Origin: a virus | Lineage: Duplodnaviria; Caudoviricetes | Length of the DNA stretch: 64,000 bases | Virus record (IMG/VR): IMGVR_UViG_3300006805_000023 | Strand: one strand, 5' to 3' | Part shown: piece by piece, positions 37,394-44,151 of the stretch | Layout of the letters: the number at the start of each line of letters is the position of its first letter | Position numbering within the stretch: position 1 is the first letter of the stretch | Notes under the pieces: model-generated | Databases searched by the model: none | The model's input: the letters and a program-made list of their open reading frames with translations, nothing else | Told to the model about the DNA's origin: nothing | Translations under genes and position numbers: made by a program

Positions 37394-38287
37394 ATGAACA
37401 GCGACTCCACCGAACCCGAACTCTACGACTCCGACGATCAGGAACCCTCAAGCTCCAGCTCCGCCGGAGGCGAAGAGGCCAAGCAGAACCTCCGCAAGCT
37501 CCACGAGGTGGCTGACGGGGATGCCGCCAAGCTCGTCAAGATGCTGGTGCTGGCTCAGAACAGCAACAGCGAAGGCGAGCGCACTGCTGCCCTCAAAAAG
37601 GCCAACGAGTTTGCGATCAAGAAACAGATCGACCTCGCCAGCATCGAAATGGAAGGCCTGGGTGAGACCAAAGGTCAAGCTGGGCTCTCCAACGAGCCTT
37701 TCGTGTCCACCAAGCACAAGACCGCCAAGAAGGACTGCCGCCGTCCCCCTTGCCACAAGTTCCTGAGCTGGCTTCTGGTCCGTCACTTCCGGGTGGATAT
37801 CCTGACTCATGGCAAGTGGGCTGCCTCCACGATCACACTCATCGGACGTCAGTCGGACGTGTCCTTCGCGATCTACGCCTATGACTTTCTGGTCGAGACC
37901 TTCAACCGTCTGTGGCGCGCTTACAAACAACGCACCAGCGCCAACCCAAGCGACCGCAACGCTTACTTTTACGGCCTCTACTGCCGTCTCCACGACACAC
38001 TCGTGAAAAGCACCGAAGAGACAATCCGTCAGGAACTGGCTCAGTTCTCTGAGGAGACTAAGGCTGCTCAGAAATGGGACGTCATGGTGATCGAGGAGAA
38101 GGACCTGCTCCAGCAGGCCACCAAGGATCACCACCCGACCGTCAAGTATGTGAAAGGTCCTGACATCGGACCCATCACCGACAAGAACATCATGTATGAC
38201 GGCATGGAGGACGGTAAGAAGATCGAGATTAACCGCCCCCTTGACAAAGACAGCCAGAAAGCCGAAAAGTCCGCCCTACCAGAATGA
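37394..38287 (+). CDS. DUF2786-like domain protein
   Basis: KLVKMLVLA.NSNSEGE..AALKKA..FA.K..ID; IGRQSDV; AYFYG; YMDGMEDG-like end. Confidence 0.65.
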   Translation: MNSDSTEPELYDSDDQEPSSSSSAGGEEAKQNLRKLHEVADGDAAKLVKMLVLAQNSNSEGERTAALKKANEFAIKKQIDLASIEMEGLGETKGQAGLSNEPFVSTKHKTAKKDCRRPPCHKFLSWLLVRHFRVDILTHGKWAASTITLIGRQSDVSFAIYAYDFLVETFNRLWRAYKQRTSANPSDRNAYFYGLYCRLHDTLVKSTEETIRQELAQFSEETKAAQKWDVMVIEEKDLLQQATKDHHPTVKYVKGPDIGPITDKNIMYDGMEDGKKIEINRPLDKDSQKAEKSALPE

Positions 38288-38661
38288 TGCTCATCTTCTC
38301 CAGACCTATGACATGTGCGCTCCTCATGGCGAGCACGCACTTGTTAGCGAGGGACGGTCAGGTTCTGCTCGGAGTCGAGCTGGAATCTGACCGGGAGAAG
38401 ATGGACGCAGCCCTGAAGGCAGCGGCTATCGAGTGGGAAGATGCCAAAAATAAGGCCGCCCTGATGTGGGACAGCGACTGGCTCCCACCTGAAAACTCTC
38501 CGTGGCTGCCTGACTGGCAGTCCCTGAACGAACTTCGTCACCCGGTGTTCTTGCCGGTGTCGATGGACACTAAACATACTTTGGCACCAGCGATAAGGCG
38601 CTTCCTCCTATACGGCAGTATGGCGACAAGGGGCACGGCTGCGTACCGTGTAAAAACCTAG
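38284..38661 (+). CDS. Hypothetical protein
   Basis: ATGA overlap with previous gene. Confidence 0.5.
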   Translation: MMLIFSRPMTCALLMASTHLLARDGQVLLGVELESDREKMDAALKAAAIEWEDAKNKAALMWDSDWLPPENSPWLPDWQSLNELRHPVFLPVSMDTKHTLAPAIRRFLLYGSMATRGTAAYRVKT

Positions 38662-38674
38662 TGTATGTGCAAGA

Positions 38675-38712
38675 GCGGGAGGGCTGACAACAGTCCTCCC
38701 GCGTCTGTTTTC
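38675..38712 (+). terminator. Probable terminator hairpin
   Basis: GCGGGAGGGCTG-ACAA-CAGTCCTCCCGC then GTCTGTTTTC. Confidence 0.6.
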
Positions 38713-38724
38713 TAGATTCGTCTT

Positions 38725-40305
38725 ATGCTGCCCTCCACCTCTCCCGTCCCCTCCCCACACGATCTGGTTTACCTTGAGCTGATGCGCCGTATCCGAGCGC
38801 ACGGTGACTACCGGATGGAACGCACCGGCACTGGTGCCTATTCGTTGTTCGCCCAGCAACTGCGCTTCGACCTGACGGACGGTAGCTTCCCGCTGCTGAC
38901 TACTAAGAAGGTCCACCTGCGCTCGATCATCCACGAGCTGCTCTGGTTCCTGAAGGGCGACACCAACATCAAGTACCTCAACGACAACGGCGTGACGATC
39001 TGGGATGAATGGGCCAACCCGGACGGCGACCTAGGACCTTGTTATGGCTATCAATGGCGTCAATGGGGGGAGTGGTCCACTCAGCGTTTGGAAAAGAAGG
39101 CACCTGTCGTTAAACGTCTGGAGGATGAAATCCCGCCTTTCTGCGACTACGATGTTTCCCTCCCTGAAGCCCCGGTCATTACCGATGCTGGCAAGGACGA
39201 GCGCAACCGCGCTCTCGTAAAGGTCGTGTTTCCACGTTCCTGCTACTCGTACACGATTCGAAAGGACCACGCCGAGAGGGGAGTGCGCGACCCCTATGCA
39301 CCGTCGAAGTGCGGAGTTGGCTGTCTCGGCGAGGATGAGAGGACGCTTGGGATTCCGGAGACAGTCCTCAAAAACCTCATCGCTTGCTGGAACAAAATGA
39401 TGGAACGCTGCTACGATCCGAAGTGCAAGGAATACAGGTTCTATGGTGCCATCGGAGTCAAGGTGTGCCGTCGCTGGCTCTGCAGATCCGCCTTCCTGAG
39501 CGACGCCACCAAGCTCCCGTGGTTTGAGCAAAAGTCGAAGGATCTGGCTGGATACCAGCTAGACAAGGACCATCTGGGAGACAGCACTTATTACTCGCCG
39601 ACCACCTGCGCTTGGGTTCCTGAGTGGGTTAACTCGGCTTACGCTCATACGCAGCCCTTCGTGGCGACAGCTCCGGACGGCACAGAGTATTATCACATTT
39701 CGCCTAGCGTGTTTGGCTCGATGCATCAATTGTCGGGGCATTCGATCTGCCGTTGTTTGCGTGGTGAGAGGCCTCACCATTTCGGCTGGAAGTTCTGCCC
39801 TGTTGAGGATCGAGGTCTGCGCTTTAGCTCCCCCACTGATCAGATCAAGCAGCTGGTCGAGGGCATCGTCAAAAGCCCTTACGGGAGACGCCACATTGTG
39901 TCGGCCTGGAATGTGAAAGACTTGCCCACGATGAAGCTCCCACCCTGCCATTGCCTGTTCCAATGCTTCGTCTCCTCGAAGGGCCGCCTGAGCCTCCACC
40001 TTTACCAGCGCTCCGCTGACTACCTGCTGGGCGTCCCCTTTAACATCGCGAGCTATGCGTTGCTGCTGCTCATGCTGGCTCAGGCCACTGGGAACAAGCC
40101 AGGCGAGCTGGTCATCACGTTCGGCGACGTCCACCTCTACTCCAACCATCTGGAGCAGGCCGACCTCCAGCTGTCCCGCGCCCCGTTCGGAGCGCCTCGA
40201 ATGGAGATCGGTGACTCAAAGGACATCTTCGGTTTCAAGTATGAGGACTTCAAACTGCTGGACTACACCTCCCATGCTTCCATCAAGGCCGCCATCGCCG
40301 TTTAG
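38725..40305 (+). CDS. thyA: Thymidylate synthase with in-frame endonuclease insertion
   Basis: RTGTG, FPLLTTKKV, ELLWFLKG, IWDEW, RRHIVSAWN, LPPCH, YQRSAD..LGVPFNIASY, GDVHLYSNH. Confidence 0.93.
   Translation: MLPSTSPVPSPHDLVYLELMRRIRAHGDYRMERTGTGAYSLFAQQLRFDLTDGSFPLLTTKKVHLRSIIHELLWFLKGDTNIKYLNDNGVTIWDEWANPDGDLGPCYGYQWRQWGEWSTQRLEKKAPVVKRLEDEIPPFCDYDVSLPEAPVITDAGKDERNRALVKVVFPRSCYSYTIRKDHAERGVRDPYAPSKCGVGCLGEDERTLGIPETVLKNLIACWNKMMERCYDPKCKEYRFYGAIGVKVCRRWLCRSAFLSDATKLPWFEQKSKDLAGYQLDKDHLGDSTYYSPTTCAWVPEWVNSAYAHTQPFVATAPDGTEYYHISPSVFGSMHQLSGHSICRCLRGERPHHFGWKFCPVEDRGLRFSSPTDQIKQLVEGIVKSPYGRRHIVSAWNVKDLPTMKLPPCHCLFQCFVSSKGRLSLHLYQRSADYLLGVPFNIASYALLLLMLAQATGNKPGELVITFGDVHLYSNHLEQADLQLSRAPFGAPRMEIGDSKDIFGFKYEDFKLLDYTSHASIKAAIAV
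39067..39834 (+). mobile_element. HNH-type homing-endonuclease-like domain inserted in frame in ThyA
   Basis: WNKMMERCY...YGAIGVKVCRRW, LDKD, YSPTTCAWV..VN, C-terminal SICRCLRG..HFGWKF; about 256 aa between QWRQW and TDQI. Confidence 0.8.
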
Positions 40306-40384
40306 TCCTAATGGTGAGTTTCAAGTCTATCAAGACAACTCACAAGGCCCAGTCGTCATAGCTCAACACCCATTTCCTCCACTC

Positions 40385-41131
40385 ATGCAAGACCAAACTA
40401 CCATCCCAACTCCTGCCGACGAGCAGGGCATCGAAATCCCACAGCCAGACGGAGCTGTGTCCGTTGTCGCCGACCCCTCGGGCCGTTTCGACTTCACCCA
40501 GGACTGGACCCGCCAGTTTCGCGGCAATGATCGCAAGTTCATGCAGAAGCACATGCTGGACTTCGCGGCTAAGACGGGCAGACCCATCCGCTATCTTGAA
40601 ATCGGCGTCTTTGAAGGCCGCAGCGGCTGCCACGTTCTGGACCACTACCCGGACCTGGAGTACACCGGCATCGACCTGTGGCAGACCAGCGGTCTGTCGC
40701 CGATCTACTACCCGTCCAAGGATGACACCGCGATCGGTGCGATTGAAGAGCGCGCCCGCAAGAACCTTGCCCTCTTCGAAGCTCAGGGCCGCAAGGTCAG
40801 GACCATGAAGGGCCAGGCCACCCGCTGCGTCTCCGAACTGCTCGAAGCCGGTGAGCGCTTCGACTGGATCTACATCGACGCCGCCCACTTCGCCCTCAAC
40901 GTGGTCGCTGAGGCCGCGATCGCCTGGCAGATGTTGGAAGTCGGCGGTTTGATGCTGTTCGACGACTACAAGGACCGTGGAGCCCGCAACACCACGCTGT
41001 CTGGTGGTGAGGCGTTTCTGCAGCTCGTGAACGCAGAGCGCCTGTTCCAGAATCACCAGCTCGGCGTCATCAAGAAGTCGGAGTCCCAGACTCAGCCGCT
41101 TTATCGGGCGCAGAAGCTTGGGAGTGAATAA
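40385..41131 (+). CDS. Class I SAM-dependent methyltransferase (Methyltransf_24-like)
   Basis: YLEIGVFEGRS, FDWIYIDAAH, GGLMLFDDY. Confidence 0.85.
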   Translation: MQDQTTIPTPADEQGIEIPQPDGAVSVVADPSGRFDFTQDWTRQFRGNDRKFMQKHMLDFAAKTGRPIRYLEIGVFEGRSGCHVLDHYPDLEYTGIDLWQTSGLSPIYYPSKDDTAIGAIEERARKNLALFEAQGRKVRTMKGQATRCVSELLEAGERFDWIYIDAAHFALNVVAEAAIAWQMLEVGGLMLFDDYKDRGARNTTLSGGEAFLQLVNAERLFQNHQLGVIKKSESQTQPLYRAQKLGSE

Positions 41132-41738
41132 GCCCCTCAGCCTTCTCAACAACAGCGATAGCCGCTCCGAGCTGAGTACCAGCCAGGAGCGGCTCAACTG
41201 CTGCGATGACGTGTAGGGCCTCTCCGACCTTAGCGCTGCTCAGAGTCGGCCTAAGCTCCTCGACCTTCTTGAAGAGATCCCAGAACCAGCCCTTTGGGCC
41301 GAAGGCAGCCACTGCGTTACCCATGGTCTCGGCCTTCGAAAAACGGGTGTGGCACTGGTAGAGCCTGGTGCGGAAATGCAGGTGCACCTCCCACGGCTCC
41401 GGAGGGTTTGGCAGAGCACCGCCGAGCTGTTCCTTCAGCCACGGCGAGCCACCCGTCAGGATGTCACACAGGAAGTCATGCTCAAGGGCAGCCAGGGAGC
41501 AGGTGCCGTCCGGCATGTAGTAGAACGGGAACCCCCAGAAGATCGGCGGCACGCTGGCCTTGTCGTAGATGTAGCCCTTCGGGATCTTGTAGATCCGGCT
41601 CGGGCAGAACGCCAGAGTGAACTCGTGATCCTCCTGAAGCTCCCATTTAGGACCCTCAGAACCAGGCCAGAGAGGCCAGAACGGATCTGGATCTCGAACG
41701 GCTTCTACCCATGGGTGCTTGAATTCTGTTGTCTGCAT
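41070..41738 (-). CDS. DUF1353-like protein
   Basis: IPKGYIYDKASVP..FW...AALEHDFL; TAGGTAT 6 nt upstream. Confidence 0.65.
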   Translation of the reverse strand: MQTTEFKHPWVEAVRDPDPFWPLWPGSEGPKWELQEDHEFTLAFCPSRIYKIPKGYIYDKASVPPIFWGFPFYYMPDGTCSLAALEHDFLCDILTGGSPWLKEQLGGALPNPPEPWEVHLHFRTRLYQCHTRFSKAETMGNAVAAFGPKGWFWDLFKKVEELRPTLSSAKVGEALHVIAAVEPLLAGTQLGAAIAVVEKAEGLIHSQASAPDKAAESGTPTS

Positions 41739-41773
41739 ACCATAATACCTAACGTTGATTTCTCACTGACCCT

Positions 41774-43066
41774 ATGGCACCCGCTACAACACCACTCCCA
41801 CAAAACGTCCTCCCACCACGCGTCCTCAGCCCCGGCAAGATCGCCGCAGTCCTGGATGCTGGCTACGGCTCCTCTTCCAAAGGCCTCGTGTCGGCCTGGA
41901 TCACCAAGAACGAGCGCCCTGACTTCCTGCTCACCGCCAACGGTCGCAATTCCTCGCACACCGTGGTGGATAACTCCCTGAAGGCCTCCCGCGAGGCCAT
42001 GACACCATGCCAGCTCAAGGGCGAGTTCGTCTTCAAGGTCCTGCCGGTCGGAGCCTTCTACAACAAGTGGAAGGGCTACAACCCGATCATCTACATTGGC
42101 CCCGGTGCCGCTTTTACGGTCGAGGACCTCGTCAAGGAAATGAAGGCCTGCGAGCTGGACAAAACGCAGGTCTGGGTCCACCCGCTGGCATCGGTCGTCA
42201 CGGAGGCCGACATCGGCTATGAAAACGGCACTTGGGACTTCGACGGCAACCCACGCCCGCAGATCGACCACGACTCCGGCACCACCAAGCACGGCACCAC
42301 GGGCTCCGGCGTCGGAGCAGCTCGTGCCAAGAAGTCTCTGCGCAAAGGCAAGCAGTGGTATGATGTCTCCGACCAGCCTACGATGGGGCAGAGCGGCCTG
42401 ATGTTCGCCGACACCTTCGAAGAGGCCGTCCTGAAGCGCCTGGCTCTCGGCAAGACCGGCCTGCTGGACGGTTCTCAGGGTTACCTGCTGAGCCTCTACG
42501 GGAAGTTCTTCCCACACTGCACTTCACGCCCCGTCACCCTGGCCTCATTCTTCGCCGACATCAACCTCCCGGTCAGTGTGATCGGCAACGTCTGCGCGGT
42601 GGCCCGCACCTTCCCAATCCGGATCGCCAGCGTGCGCTATTTCCTGGACAACCAGCCCGTCACCCTCGCCGAGAAGGTCGAAGCGGAGTCGAGGGGCCTG
42701 TTCGTCAATACTGTGGACTCCAACTCCGGTGGCTGGTATCAGGACCAACGCGAGTTGACTTGGGAGCAGGTCAGCGAACAGGCCGGACGCCACATCGAGC
42801 CTCAGCTCACCAGTCTGACCAAGCTGCCACGTCGGATCGCCACGTGGTCCAAGGCCGCGATCCGCGATTTCCTGCTGCACAACGCCCCGCCGTGCGGCTG
42901 CAAGACTTACTTGTTTGTGACCTTCACGAATTATCTGAAGGGCTCCGAGATGAAGCACTGGATGCACCAGAACATCCATGAACTGGACGACGCCGTAACC
43001 GAGGTGCTACTGTCCGACTCCCCGGAGACTGACAGCGTGCTGCCACTGGTGCGGGACTTTGAGTGA
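41774..43066 (+). CDS. purZ: Divergent PurZ-type (adenylosuccinate synthetase family) ligase
   Basis: DAGYGSSSKG (Ser at the PurA catalytic Asp position), NSSHT, KVLP, DGSQG..LSL..FFPHCTSR, ARTFPIR, SGGWYQDQRELTWEQ, TSLTKLPRR, TFTNY. Confidence 0.8.
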   Translation: MAPATTPLPQNVLPPRVLSPGKIAAVLDAGYGSSSKGLVSAWITKNERPDFLLTANGRNSSHTVVDNSLKASREAMTPCQLKGEFVFKVLPVGAFYNKWKGYNPIIYIGPGAAFTVEDLVKEMKACELDKTQVWVHPLASVVTEADIGYENGTWDFDGNPRPQIDHDSGTTKHGTTGSGVGAARAKKSLRKGKQWYDVSDQPTMGQSGLMFADTFEEAVLKRLALGKTGLLDGSQGYLLSLYGKFFPHCTSRPVTLASFFADINLPVSVIGNVCAVARTFPIRIASVRYFLDNQPVTLAEKVEAESRGLFVNTVDSNSGGWYQDQRELTWEQVSEQAGRHIEPQLTSLTKLPRRIATWSKAAIRDFLLHNAPPCGCKTYLFVTFTNYLKGSEMKHWMHQNIHELDDAVTEVLLSDSPETDSVLPLVRDFE

Positions 43067-43088
43067 TCGGCGTCCCTTTTTGGTAGGA

Positions 43089-43147
43089 CGTAACAGGCTG
43101 TGCTGGGACAGGTAGGAGGCTACCTTCTCAGCACTTCCTATTTTACG
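43089..43147 (+). other. Long multi-segment RNA hairpin downstream of purZ
   Basis: CGTAA/TTACG, AGG/CCT, GTGCTGGGA/TCTCAGCAC, AGGTAG/CTACCT, loop GAGG. Confidence 0.5.
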
Positions 43148-43185
43148 GTCTGGGCCTGGAACTAAAACGGACGTCGTCATGCAGA

Positions 43186-43192
43186 TAACTAT
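43186..43192 (+). promoter_or_regulatory. Putative late promoter motif TAACTAT
   Basis: 5 nt upstream of ATG 43198. Confidence 0.6.
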
Positions 43193-43197
43193 CCAGT

Positions 43198-43464
43198 ATG
43201 CTAAAGCTTGTCGAATGCCTGACCGAAGACACCCACCCGCCACGGTTTTCCAGGGTCCAGCGAGTTGAACACGACCTCGCCTGCCCTCATTGTGGCGACA
43301 AGATGGGAGAGAAGGACTTTAGTTTCGGCTTCGATGCAACGTCCGGCATGTGGTATCACACCTGTGGTGACGGCGGCAGCAGGCGCATGATCCGCTCCAC
43401 CGAGGAGCAGGAAAAGCAGAGTGCTCAGGCTGCTGCTTACTGGTCAAAAGGAGGCTTCCGGTGA
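43198..43464 (+). CDS. Small Zn-ribbon-like protein
   Basis: CPHC...HTC; MLKLVECLTE leader. Confidence 0.6.
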   Translation: MLKLVECLTEDTHPPRFSRVQRVEHDLACPHCGDKMGEKDFSFGFDATSGMWYHTCGDGGSRRMIRSTEEQEKQSAQAAAYWSKGGFR

Positions 43465-44135
43465 AGTTTGAGAACCGACCACAGCTTGGCTACGACCGCA
43501 CCCTCCTGCAGGGAGTCAGCATCGAGGACCTGATCTCACTACCGATCGAGAAGTTCCCGACCTCCGGCCTGACAGATCTGCGCGAGACCCTGTTGATCAT
43601 TGAGGACTGCTACCGCAACATGCCAGTCCTGACCGTCAAGGAGAAGGTCGACGGCGAGGTTGACAAGGTGTATCTGGAAACGGTCGGACGTGACACTTTC
43701 ACGCGAGTGATCGACATGCCGATCTGGGTTGACCAGACCATCCCACAGACTCGACGCGAGAAGTACGGCGAGACGACGCTGCGCCCCACGACGCTATCGT
43801 TTGCCACGGTAGTGCTGGCACGCTTCAACTACTACCCACGGGCCGGTGACGTGGTGTTGTGGTGCGACCAGCTGTACGAGATCACCAGGGCCTACGTCGA
43901 TCCGCGTGACTTTTTCCATCAGACTACCTTCCCTCTTTACGTGCGCTGCGACACCAGAATCGCCAACTACGACAGCCGCGATCTTGGCAGCCATTGCGGC
44001 TCCAGCGACGCCAAGACCACCACCGCCGGAGCCCCGTCTCTGACCACTCCGAACGACCAAGGACCACTCGGGGGCACGTTCAGGTATGACAATGATGGCA
44101 ATCAGGGTCCGCTGCCTACTCTGATGTCTCCGTGA
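43461..44135 (+). CDS. Neck / head-completion protein (T4 gp14-like)
   Basis: EKYG, PRAGDVV, LYEI, FFHQ resemble the gp14 pattern. Confidence 0.5.
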   Translation: MKFENRPQLGYDRTLLQGVSIEDLISLPIEKFPTSGLTDLRETLLIIEDCYRNMPVLTVKEKVDGEVDKVYLETVGRDTFTRVIDMPIWVDQTIPQTRREKYGETTLRPTTLSFATVVLARFNYYPRAGDVVLWCDQLYEITRAYVDPRDFFHQTTFPLYVRCDTRIANYDSRDLGSHCGSSDAKTTTAGAPSLTTPNDQGPLGGTFRYDNDGNQGPLPTLMSP

Positions 44136-44138
44136 CAG

Positions 44139-44145
44139 TAGCTAT
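44139..44145 (+). promoter_or_regulatory. Putative late promoter motif TAGCTAT
   Basis: 6 nt upstream of baseplate wedge ATG. Confidence 0.6.
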
Positions 44146-44151
44146 CCTCGA

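Noticed and set aside
38241-38270. TTGACA inside the DUF2786-like gene
   Set aside because: No TAnnnT at 16-18 nt spacing.
38725-40305. ThyA as a dCMP hydroxymethylase or other pyrimidine-modifying enzyme
   Set aside because: It keeps the dUMP-specifying Asn (PFNIASY) and canonical ThyA motifs.
41774-43066. Ordinary PurA auxiliary metabolic gene
   Set aside because: Lacks the GDEGKG Asp and the TKLD GTP motif; motifs match the PurZ branch.
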